Source of the DNA: Candidatus Berkelbacteria bacterium
Lineage (GTDB): Bacteria > Patescibacteriota > UBA1384 > 2-12-FULL-50-11
Reading direction: 5' to 3'
DNA: 64,000 nucleotides
NCBI GenBank assembly: GCA_016213365.1
Contig: JACRAP010000023.1
Coordinates: 15,871-79,870 of the forward strand
The notes under the pieces were generated by a model that was given only the letters and a program-made list of their open reading frames with translations, was not told the origin of the DNA and made no database searches. Below are positions 19,336-27,664 of the stretch, piece by piece (position 1 is the first letter of the stretch; each line of letters starts with the position of its first letter). Made by a program: the position numbers and the translations under genes.

Positions 19336-22011
19336 CTACATCGTGCTCGAAATATCTCTAATTGATGCGGTTGTTACCCGCATTACTTCGTCCACTGTTG
19401 TTATTCCTTTTAAGGCCTTGATTAAGCCGTCTTGCATCATTGTTATCATACCCTCTTTTATGGCTTGATTTTTCAATTCCGAGGCCGGTACTTTTCTATT
19501 TGCCAGCGCTTCTATGCCCGGTGTCATCGGCAACACTTCGAAAATTCCAATTCTACCCAAGTAACCGTTTGAGCATTTAGCACAGCCCTTACCGTGATAA
19601 AAAGTTAATTGCTCTTTGTTGATATTTTTTAGCTGACCGGTCGGAATTTCAGAGATATGCTTTAGGGCAAAATCCTTTACGGCCGATGGCAACTCAACAT
19701 GCTCTTTACAGTTATCACAAATTTTTCTAACTAAACGTTGGGCGATTACTGCGTTAATCGACGAGGTAATCAAAAACGGCTCAACACCCATATTAATTAA
19801 TCGTGGTAAGGCGCCGGAAGCGTCGTTGGTGTGAAGCGTCGAAAGTACCAAGTGTCCAGTTAAGGCCGAGTGCGTTGCCATCGCCGCTGTTTCTAGATCG
19901 CGAATTTCACCGACCATAATTACGTTAGGGTCTTGGCGCAAAACCGAACGTAAGCCGTCTGCGAAGTTGAAACCGATTTGTGGTTTTACCTGTGATTGGT
20001 TGATGCCAGGGAGCTCGTATTCAACCGGGTCCTCAAGCGTCACGATATTTACCCCCGGTTTACTAATTCTATTTAGAATTGCGTAAAGCGTGGTGGATTT
20101 ACCAGACCCAGTCGGACCGGTGGATAGGATAATTCCAAACGGTTTGTCGATATTTTCTACCAGTCGGTCGAAGTTAGTGCCTGTTACGCCAAGTTGCTCA
20201 AGCGTTAAAATACCAGCGCTTTTGTCCAGTAAACGCATAACCACTTTTTCACCGTGAACGGTTGGTAACGTTGAAACACGAATATCAACCTGGTGTCGAT
20301 CGATAATAACATCGAAACGACCGTCTTGCGGAACGCGTTGTTCGTCGATTTTCATTTTTGAGAGAATTTTAACCCTAGAAATTAGCGGCGAGCTTAAAAA
20401 TCCTGGGACACGCAAGACATCGTGCAAAATACCGTCGATTCTGTAACGCACCCGAACTGTTTCTTTTTCGGATTCAAGATGAACATCGCTGGCTTTCATC
20501 CTAATTGCCAGAAAAATTGTTGAGGCGATAATCTCTGGGATTGCGCCCTTTTTATAAACATTTGCTAGTTCCTGTATGCTGGTGACTTCTTTTTGAATTA
20601 GGGCGTCAAGATTTTCGTTTTCAAGTGATTTTGTTTGCTCGCTAGCTAATTCTTCTAACTGCTCGTTTTGCAATTCGTTAGGTTTATTTATGATTTCACT
20701 TGCTTCGACCGTTACACCACCCTCTAGAGGCGGGGGTGGAATTTTTTTAAATGACGGTATTTTAGCGGGCTCGGTTTTTTGATCTTCGGGCTTGTTTTGT
20801 TTTAGCGCCCCTGGAGTTGGTTGTTCCTTTGGTTTGTCCGACTCAAATTCTCTGCTTGTTGAAATAGTTTGCTCTTTGGGTTTGGTTAAAGTTGGCGGTG
20901 TTGTAACGACTGCTTCTTTTGTGGGTTGTTGAGTTGGCGCCTGAACAGGTTTTGAAGGATAGAATTTCAGAGCGTGTGTTAGCGACTCCTCGTCGGTAAT
21001 ATAGCGATCAACCAAAACTTTATTTTTTTGCTCGATGTAATGCAAAATTTCTTTTACGTGGACGTTTTCGGGGTTTACAACCGCCACTTTTATTTGCGGT
21101 ACTTCGTAACCGCTACCGGATTTTGTTTCGCCAAAAACGACTAATCGATATTTACTTGCAACCTCCTGCGGAATTTTTTTAATAATATTTTGTGGAATTT
21201 CCAGTTTGCGTAAATCAACGTGTTTAATCCTTGGCTCAACTTCGTTGATTAAATCTTTTTTATTTAATGCCTGTATCGGTTGGAATTTTCCGAGGATTCC
21301 GCCGCTTTTTTCTTGTTCCTGAGGTTTTGGCTCGGCTTTTAATTCCGGCTTTACCTGTTCTACTGGTTTTACTGTTTCGGTTTTGGGTTGTAGCGGTACA
21401 GTTGGTTGCTGGGGCGGTAACTCTGGTTTTACCTCTTCTGGAGATTTTGTTTGTGGAGTTACTGTTTTGGGAACAGATTCAATGCTCGGTACTTTAGTTA
21501 GTTTAGCGGTTTCGGGGACAAACGGCTTGGGCATCGCCAGTTGTTTAACGCGTTGCTCAAGTACTTTTATTAACGCCTTAAGCTGGGCTGGGTTAACAAG
21601 CGACAAATGAATTCTAAGCCCTTTTTGTTGGCGGATATTAGCGATAATTTTGGGCGCGTCTTTTTGAAGTTTCGACGGTTTGCCGATCGCCAAATAAAAA
21701 TTATTGCCTTCGATTTTATAGGGTACAACTTGATATTGCTTAATTATCTCGATCGGGATCATCCGGGCAACTGCCGGACTAATTGGTACGTTTGTTAAAT
21801 TTACAATATCTAGATCGAAATATTCGGCGAACTCGTCGACAATCTGCTCGATAGTTAAAAGACCTTTTTCGATTAAGTAATTTTCAATCTGCTCGAGATC
21901 TTTGCCTTTTAAAATATCTTTAAACCCGGGCTTAAGTAGCTCTCGCTGAATTAACTGCGAAACAAAGGCGCTATCGGCTCTGCTAAAATTTCGGGTGGAG
22001 TTGAACGCCAT
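19336..22011 (-). CDS. pilB: type IV pilus assembly ATPase PilB with duplicated N-domain and Pro-rich linkers
   Basis: PQDGR, GPTGSGKSTT, LRQDPNVIMVGEIRD, tetracysteine motif. Confidence 0.95.
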   Translation of the reverse strand: MAFNSTRNFSRADSAFVSQLIQRELLKPGFKDILKGKDLEQIENYLIEKGLLTIEQIVDEFAEYFDLDIVNLTNVPISPAVARMIPIEIIKQYQVVPYKIEGNNFYLAIGKPSKLQKDAPKIIANIRQQKGLRIHLSLVNPAQLKALIKVLEQRVKQLAMPKPFVPETAKLTKVPSIESVPKTVTPQTKSPEEVKPELPPQQPTVPLQPKTETVKPVEQVKPELKAEPKPQEQEKSGGILGKFQPIQALNKKDLINEVEPRIKHVDLRKLEIPQNIIKKIPQEVASKYRLVVFGETKSGSGYEVPQIKVAVVNPENVHVKEILHYIEQKNKVLVDRYITDEESLTHALKFYPSKPVQAPTQQPTKEAVVTTPPTLTKPKEQTISTSREFESDKPKEQPTPGALKQNKPEDQKTEPAKIPSFKKIPPPPLEGGVTVEASEIINKPNELQNEQLEELASEQTKSLENENLDALIQKEVTSIQELANVYKKGAIPEIIASTIFLAIRMKASDVHLESEKETVRVRYRIDGILHDVLRVPGFLSSPLISRVKILSKMKIDEQRVPQDGRFDVIIDRHQVDIRVSTLPTVHGEKVVMRLLDKSAGILTLEQLGVTGTNFDRLVENIDKPFGIILSTGPTGSGKSTTLYAILNRISKPGVNIVTLEDPVEYELPGINQSQVKPQIGFNFADGLRSVLRQDPNVIMVGEIRDLETAAMATHSALTGHLVLSTLHTNDASGALPRLINMGVEPFLITSSINAVIAQRLVRKICDNCKEHVELPSAVKDFALKHISEIPTGQLKNINKEQLTFYHGKGCAKCSNGYLGRIGIFEVLPMTPGIEALANRKVPASELKNQAIKEGMITMMQDGLIKALKGITTVDEVMRVTTASIRDISSTM

Positions 22012-22014
22012 TCA

Positions 22015-22281
22015 TTAAAAATTCTCGAAGGCGTTAGCGCGACCCAAATTACTTGAATCAACCGTTACCGGTACTTTTGTTGGAACTGTTAGTTTATTTA
22101 ATTGCTGTATAACTTCGTTACTACTAGAGAATAAATCCTCCGGAACGTTTTGTAAGGGTTTTGCTTCGGCAGTAATCGCTTCTTGTTTCGGTAGGTTTGT
22201 TAGTAAGGTAAAGACAAATGCGATTATCGCAACAAATAGTAGCGCAACGCCGATTAAAGTTTGAATTTTATTTCCGCTCAT
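22015..22281 (-). CDS. small membrane protein (PilP-position)
   Basis: One TM helix; C-terminal GRANAF resembling GRxNPF; follows pilO. Confidence 0.6.
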   Translation of the reverse strand: MSGNKIQTLIGVALLFVAIIAFVFTLLTNLPKQEAITAEAKPLQNVPEDLFSSSNEVIQQLNKLTVPTKVPVTVDSSNLGRANAFENF

Positions 22282-22829
22282 TGGTTTCCTCCCCCTTGAT
22301 ATACTAACCCAAGTTGCATCGTTACGGTTAATATTCCGCTTTTATCAGCAGAGATGGTTTGTGACTGAACTTTTGCGGTTCTGATATTTGTATTTATTGC
22401 GCTAATAAATTTAGTAACGCTTGTTAGCGTGCCGTTAAAAGATACTGTAACCGGAACTTCTGCAATTGTTGAGGCGTCGGTGCCTGGTACGGTTTGATTA
22501 GCTGTTGTATTACCGACCGTTACGCCTGAAAATACGATTCCGGAATTAGCGCCGATAGTCTCGATCATTACCAAAACTTCAGGAATTTGGTTTTGTTTTG
22601 GCATCGCTAAATACATCGCTCTTAAGGTTGATTGTACTTGCTCGCCTTTTTCTTTGATTTGTTTCAAATCAGCGATTCTGGTTTTGTACGATTCCAATTC
22701 AACTGAACGGGCTTTAGCATCGAGTGATTTTTCGCCAAAAACCGTAATTTGTCCGCGTAGAAATGCAAACCAACCAAAAACTGCCAGTATTAAAAGAAAT
22801 ATTCCTAATCGTGAGTGTTTATTTTCCAT
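22278..22829 (-). CDS. pilO: PilO-like alignment protein
   Basis: TM helix, coiled coil, AMP...IPEVL, VPVTVSFNG; gene context. Confidence 0.8.
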   Translation of the reverse strand: MENKHSRLGIFLLILAVFGWFAFLRGQITVFGEKSLDAKARSVELESYKTRIADLKQIKEKGEQVQSTLRAMYLAMPKQNQIPEVLVMIETIGANSGIVFSGVTVGNTTANQTVPGTDASTIAEVPVTVSFNGTLTSVTKFISAINTNIRTAKVQSQTISADKSGILTVTMQLGLVYQGGGNQ

Positions 22830-23422
22830 TATTTAACCTTACTTAAATCTATTTGAGCTGAAATAGAAAAAGTTACCCTTCTAGCATCTTCGCCGCTGGT
22901 AAAACCGTTACTGGTTAATGCAACCGAGCTAAATGGAGTAGCAGAACTTTGCGTACCGTTTTGCCATGAAACTAATAAATGAGCGAGACTGGAGAGTGTA
23001 GCGGTTTCGCCGTCAGCTTTAAAGGCGCCGTTACTGGAGATATTGATAGCGGTAAGACGAACATTCTTAGGGGTAACGGCGTTTAGTTTAGCGTAAAAAC
23101 CGTTCCAATTTAACTTGCTAGCCAGGACGGTTGAAAGTTTTTCGCTACCGGTTAGTACTTCTTCAACTTGTTTATTGAGATTTTTATATTCTTCGGAGTT
23201 AAGTTCGGTTTTAGCTTGCTGAATATCACTCTGAAGTTTTTCAATTTTGTTGGTTTGGAAAAAATTTAAACCAAACATTAAGGCAATCTCGATCGCTACA
23301 ACTACGAAGATGATTTTACCAAAAATATCGAGCGGCTTGCCCGAATCTTCAACAGATGCAATCGGGTCTTGCGGGTCTTGCTCGTGCGGCTCTTTTGTAA
23401 CTAAGCGATCTTGAGTATCCAA
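22829..23422 (-). CDS. pilN: PilN-like alignment protein
   Basis: TM helix, coiled coil, W...L...TPKNVRL; TTG start with GGAGG. Confidence 0.78.
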   Translation of the reverse strand: MDTQDRLVTKEPHEQDPQDPIASVEDSGKPLDIFGKIIFVVVAIEIALMFGLNFFQTNKIEKLQSDIQQAKTELNSEEYKNLNKQVEEVLTGSEKLSTVLASKLNWNGFYAKLNAVTPKNVRLTAINISSNGAFKADGETATLSSLAHLLVSWQNGTQSSATPFSSVALTSNGFTSGEDARRVTFSISAQIDLSKVK

Positions 23423-23520
23423 CGCCCCTCCTTTTTTATCCTATGAATTTACTTTACTTGGCATTACTAGAAGCTGTCAACATTTGTAAGTTTGTAGTGA
23501 ATTATCTGCTTTGAGATTAT

Positions 23521-23598
23521 TGGCAGGGGCGACAGGAGACGAAAGTCGCACTGCGAGCTCCTAGATTCTCGCTGGCTTAGCTAGCTCGAAACCGAACC
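23521..23598 (-). repeat. tRNA-Trp 3'-end-derived direct repeat with T-loop insert, distal copy ending in CCA
   Basis: 23523-23598 matches 24355-24430 (76 bp, 4 mismatches). Confidence 0.9.
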
Positions 23599-23642
23599 AG
23601 TAAATACAAAAGTTAATACTATCAGCTATTCGGCTAAGACTT

Positions 23643-24344
23643 TCATTCGTAGAATTGCGTCCACCCTTCCATCGTTCCCTCATTACGAAATGCTTGATTT
23701 AGCTTTTCTTCTAAATCTGGCTTCGACCTATAAAGACTCTTATAAAGATTAGGGTAAAGAGGTTGGAGATAATAATATTGGGGGTATTTCACCTTCATCG
23801 CTTCGTATAACCCCGTCCAGAAAGTAAATACTTTTTTAGCATCATAAAAGCAAATCTCGCTCGGTATCGCGTTAAGCCCCAACTTATGTGTTTTATAGGT
23901 TATCTGATCCACAACCCTCTTCCATGTCTTATCGTTAACTAACGCAAGTATCTGAACATTAATAATTTCCCTGTCATTCGTACGCTCAGTTTCATAGATA
24001 TGTGAGTGAGTGAGGGCGTTTCGCACTACTATTACTTCATCATAATCCTGCTTTAAGGGGTGCGTTCCTCCAATTAGTTTATTGAATTTACTGCCAACCC
24101 TTTCATTTAGTAAGTCGGCAGACCAATTATTATTTTTTATTAACAAATATATAACCCTGTTGAAGTACCCTTCTATACTATTAACTAACAGAATTATTGC
24201 CTCAGCTGCTTGAGTGCTTTCCCCGCAGGATATTGGCTTACCTGCTTTGTGATTTGGGTTCCTCTTTGAATACTCGTATGCCAATAAGTAGTGATTCAGG
24301 GCATCTTCAGCTGTAAAAACTGGGGATATTTCCAAATGATTCAT
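23643..24344 (-). CDS. putative HEPN-domain protein
   Basis: 233-aa, predicted largely helical ORF; EGYFN segment and R-N-x3-H motif (RNALTH); ATG at 24344. Confidence 0.6.
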   Translation of the reverse strand: MNHLEISPVFTAEDALNHYLLAYEYSKRNPNHKAGKPISCGESTQAAEAIILLVNSIEGYFNRVIYLLIKNNNWSADLLNERVGSKFNKLIGGTHPLKQDYDEVIVVRNALTHSHIYETERTNDREIINVQILALVNDKTWKRVVDQITYKTHKLGLNAIPSEICFYDAKKVFTFWTGLYEAMKVKYPQYYYLQPLYPNLYKSLYRSKPDLEEKLNQAFRNEGTMEGWTQFYE

Positions 24345-24354
24345 ATTATATTTT

Positions 24355-24670
24355 GCAGGGGCGACAGGAGACGAAAGTCGCACTACGTGCTCCTAGATTC
24401 TCACTAGCTTAGCTAGCTCGAAACCGAACCTGCGACCTACGGTTGACGTACTGCTTATGGCAGGGGTGACAGGATTCGAACCTGCGACCTACGGTTTTGG
24501 AGACCGGCGCTCTACCAACTGAGCTACACCCCTGCCATAAGCAAACTATCACAGCGCTCTTCCGGGGTTTAAGCGTCGCAAGTATGCGACAAGCTTAAAC
24601 CCGTCTCGGAGGCTCGAACTGAAACTGTTCAGTTCTCGCTGGCTCCTCGACCCAACTGAGCTACACCCCT
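24355..24670 (-). other. expanded, interrupted outer copy of tRNA-Trp enclosing the intact gene
   Basis: Colinear tRNA fragments at 24652-24670, 24554-24560, 24425-24444 and 24355-24369 separated by inserts. Confidence 0.8.
24458..24533 (-). tRNA. tRNA-Trp(CCA)
   Basis: 76-nt cloverleaf; anticodon loop CTCCAAA; GTTCGAATC; encoded CCA. Confidence 0.97.
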
Positions 24671-24722
24671 AAGACTGGCAGTGCCAGTTACATAATTTTA
24701 CCAGTTTTTTATGAGTAATCTA

Positions 24723-24887
24723 TTACTTACTCTCTTTGTGAGTAGTCTTGGCTTTACAGCGATTGCAAAATTTGTTCAGCTCTAGGCGAACCGTCGTGTT
24801 GGTTTTATTCTTTTCGGAATAATAATTTCTTTCTTTGCAAACAGAGCACTCAAGTGTGATCGGTTCGCGAGTTTTTTTCTTTGCCAT
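24723..24887 (-). CDS. rpmG: 50S ribosomal protein L33 (54 aa, absent from the ORF track)
   Basis: Manual translation MAKKKTREPITLECSVCKERNYYSEKNKTNTTVRLELNKFCNRCKAKTTHKESK. Confidence 0.96.
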   Translation of the reverse strand: MAKKKTREPITLECSVCKERNYYSEKNKTNTTVRLELNKFCNRCKAKTTHKESK

Positions 24888-24931
24888 GATTAGTAGTTAT
24901 TTTACCTTAAATAATTAATAATTTAAATACT

Positions 24932-25007
24932 TGGAGCCAGGAACGGGGATTGAACCCGTGACCTCGTCATTACCAATGACGTGCTCTACCAACTGAGCTA
25001 CCCTGGC
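24932..25007 (-). tRNA. tRNA-Thr(GGT)
   Basis: 76-nt cloverleaf; anticodon loop TTGGTAA; encoded CCA. Confidence 0.96.
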
Positions 25008-25011
25008 AATG

Positions 25012-25095
25012 TGCTGGGTGAGGGATTCGAACCCCCGAAGGCACAAGGCCATCGCGTTTACAGCGCGCTACGTTTGACCACTTCGCTAACCCAGC
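25012..25095 (-). tRNA. tRNA-Tyr(GTA)
   Basis: Anticodon loop CTGTAAA; long variable arm; CCA not encoded. Confidence 0.93.
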
Positions 25096-25691
25096 ATATT
25101 ATTTATTGCGTATCTTATGTCGTCCATTAGGTTATCCCACAAACGCTTGTCTGCATAGCGTATATGAACTAATCCGTTTTTCATTTTATCATTATGATTA
25201 CTGGTTAGTCCAGATTTAATATATGGTTTTGTAAACTGAGATTTAGGTATATCTAGTAGTTTAGACCAGTAACTAATAATTTTACCAACATCCCTATTTT
25301 CATGCGTGTATAAATAAACCCTTAGCTTCTCTTCATTGATTTGATAAATCTCCCTAAGCATTCTTAAGAAAATAGAAATTACTTGCGGATCTGAATTTGC
25401 TAGGTCTACAACACCGAATGATTTTTTTGAACCTTCACCTAGATATATAAAGAGTCCGGCAATAAATAACTCATTTTGTTTTGTGTTCAGTCTTGTTAAC
25501 TTCGAGTAACTCAATGGTTTTGATAAAAAAGTTAGCTTATTTGAATATACCGTTGTTCTTCTAGGAATTTCTCTCCGTTTAAGGGTTCTATATATTGACC
25601 ATTGAGAAATATTCAAAATATTTGCTATTTGTGGCGCACTCTTTCCCTGTGAATATAAATCACAAATCGATATATCTATATTTTCTTGCAT
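25086..25691 (-). CDS. HTH plus LAGLIDADG-like protein between tRNA genes
   Basis: N-terminal HTH (GKSAPQIANILNISQWSIYRTLKR); GLFIYLGEGSK helix; NSDP; YWS; probable ATG at 25691. Confidence 0.7.
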   Translation of the reverse strand: MQENIDISICDLYSQGKSAPQIANILNISQWSIYRTLKRREIPRRTTVYSNKLTFLSKPLSYSKLTRLNTKQNELFIAGLFIYLGEGSKKSFGVVDLANSDPQVISIFLRMLREIYQINEEKLRVYLYTHENRDVGKIISYWSKLLDIPKSQFTKPYIKSGLTSNHNDKMKNGLVHIRYADKRLWDNLMDDIRYAINNMLG

Positions 25692-25736
25692 TTGAATAAT
25701 AATACACAAATCAGTATCCACTTGCACTTCAAACCG

Positions 25737-25808
25737 AGCCACCTGTCGGATTCGGACCGACGACCTGCTGTTTACAAAACAGCTGCTCTACCGCTGAGCT
25801 AAGGTGGC
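25737..25808 (-). tRNA. tRNA-Thr(TGT)
   Basis: Cloverleaf; anticodon loop TTTGTAA; atypical T-loop TCCGAAT; CCA not encoded. Confidence 0.88.
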
Positions 25809-25854
25809 AATAACCATACAATTTTACCAAAACTAGCAACAAATCTCTAGATAA

Positions 25855-26502
25855 CTAACCGTTTAATAGCTGTTCTAACAGCTGTCGGTATTTCTGCGTA
25901 ACTGGATCAAGCGTTATTGCTTCGCGCACGCTGGCAATCGCTTTTTGGGTGTCGCCGTTTCCCATATACGCCAGCGATAAATTATAGTGCCGGCTCGGGT
26001 TGTACTTATCTAGTTTTGCCGCAACTTTCAGCGACTCGATCGCATCTGAAAAATTCTTTTGCTGTAAATATAACAAGCCGAGTCTGGCGTAAACTTTCGG
26101 GTCGCCCGGGTTACTGGTTGCGGCCTTAATAAATAACTTTTCTGCTTGTTCGAAGTCCCCTCTTTTAAACAATTTGTCCGCTTCGTCGAAGTGCGACGAA
26201 ATCTCGACCCTACTTACGGGCGACTCTTCGTCCCAAAAGGCGTATGAATTAGAGCTACTTACCCGAGTAGGCGTACTTTTTACGCCACCGCGATTTTTTA
26301 ACTTGGATTTAAATAAATAAGTAAGTTCTGTTCCTATACTTAAAATTAATTTCACTACCCATGCTAAGCCACTAATAAAAACGTTGGGCGCGCCGCTAGC
26401 GGAGTTTGAGATATTTTTAATAGCAGCTGCTCCGGCAGATTTACGCAGTAAAATTATTATAACCAGTGCCACCGCAGTAAAAAATATAACCTGACTCCAC
26501 AT
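25855..26502 (-). CDS. membrane-anchored TPR protein
   Basis: N-terminal TM helix and 3-4 TPR repeats. Confidence 0.88.
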   Translation of the reverse strand: MWSQVIFFTAVALVIIILLRKSAGAAAIKNISNSASGAPNVFISGLAWVVKLILSIGTELTYLFKSKLKNRGGVKSTPTRVSSSNSYAFWDEESPVSRVEISSHFDEADKLFKRGDFEQAEKLFIKAATSNPGDPKVYARLGLLYLQQKNFSDAIESLKVAAKLDKYNPSRHYNLSLAYMGNGDTQKAIASVREAITLDPVTQKYRQLLEQLLNG

Positions 26503-26507
26503 AGTAA

Positions 26508-27104
26508 CTACTCTTTACCTGATTCTCGGGTAATTCGCAAGGTTAAATCGTCAATTACGATTTTTGTGTTAGCGTTACTGGAAATTCTATTGATCGCATT
26601 ATCAATAGCGATAACTTTTTTAACAGATACGGCGTTGGGTTCTTTTAGCATTTCGGCCTTTGCGCCGCCAAGTAATTTACTCAATTCAGCTATCATATCC
26701 GGTCTTTCTTTAATTTTAACTAAATTATTTACGCGACTGTCCCAATCAATTTTTTCCGATTCGACAAATTGTGAGCCAATTTTATTTTCAATTCTCGAGC
26801 GAAGCGTCGGCAACAATACTTCTATATTATTTAACTCGAAAACTATCGTCAGCTTTGCCGGCGGTTCTTCCACGATTTTTAACAAGGAATTTTGAGATAT
26901 TTCGCTTAGTTTGTTTGCCTCTTCTACCCAAAGAATTCTTCGGCTACCAAACGGCGATTGATGGGCTTGGTTAATCACGCGCCTAATTTCTTCGATTGGG
27001 ATCGAACCGTTAAATAACACAAAATCAACCCTTTCTACTCCTAGTTGCGCTAAAAGCTCGTTTGTTGGTTTAAAATTTACCGCATACGAACGCCCAATTA
27101 ACAT
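26508..27104 (-). CDS. holB: DNA polymerase III delta-prime-like subunit (short)
   Basis: SQNSLLKIVEEPP and LLPTLRSR motifs. Confidence 0.8.
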   Translation of the reverse strand: MLIGRSYAVNFKPTNELLAQLGVERVDFVLFNGSIPIEEIRRVINQAHQSPFGSRRILWVEEANKLSEISQNSLLKIVEEPPAKLTIVFELNNIEVLLPTLRSRIENKIGSQFVESEKIDWDSRVNNLVKIKERPDMIAELSKLLGGAKAEMLKEPNAVSVKKVIAIDNAINRISSNANTKIVIDDLTLRITRESGKE

Positions 27105-27133
27105 GCTCGAATTGTACTAATAATTCTGTTAGA

Positions 27134-27424
27134 ATGAAATCAATGGAATTTCAGGATAAAACACTTATTTGTAAAGAATGCGGTAACGAATTTGTTTGGA
27201 CCGCTGGCGAACAAGAATTCTTCGCCCAAAAAGGATTTAGAAACAAACCAACCCGCTGTAAAGATTGCCGAAAAGTTAACCGTCAAAAAGTTGAGGCCGA
27301 ATACTTTAAGATTACTTGCTCGGGTTGCGGCCAGATCGGCGAGGCGCAATTTCAGCCAAGCGATAAAGAGGCAAAAATATTTTGTAAGAATTGCTTTGAA
27401 ACAAGAGTGCTAGTTAAGCAATAA
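27134..27424 (+). CDS. zinc-ribbon / CxxC-x17-CxxC protein
   Basis: DKTLICKECG..FVWTAGEQEFF..KGF..P.RC..CR plus a second CxxC pair. Confidence 0.88.
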   Translation: MKSMEFQDKTLICKECGNEFVWTAGEQEFFAQKGFRNKPTRCKDCRKVNRQKVEAEYFKITCSGCGQIGEAQFQPSDKEAKIFCKNCFETRVLVKQ

Positions 27425-27602
27425 CGGCGAATTTTTTTAGCGATTTTCGGCAACGGTTACAGATTAATAAACCGTTCCATTTTTGCAAGTTAGGTAAAAT
27501 AACTCTACTGGTTTTGTGTAGAGATTTTGGGCGGTTAAAGCCAAATTGAGCGGTTTTACCGCACAATTCACAGCTATTTTTGGCTCTGTGGATTTTCTTC
27601 AT
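27414..27602 (-). CDS. rpmB: 50S ribosomal protein L28
   Basis: CELCGK...S.HKT.R...PNLQK...C.RC. Confidence 0.85.
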   Translation of the reverse strand: MKKIHRAKNSCELCGKTAQFGFNRPKSLHKTSRVILPNLQKWNGLLICNRCRKSLKKFAVIA

Positions 27603-27664
27603 TACGTATAATAATAGTCTAAAATCGGTTGTTTTTCAAGGACTGAGATATATATAATAGATAA

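Noticed and set aside
24355-24670. Conventional intron-containing tRNA or simple prophage att site
   Set aside because: There is no group I/II core and no integrase, and both 5' and 3' halves are duplicated around an intact gene.
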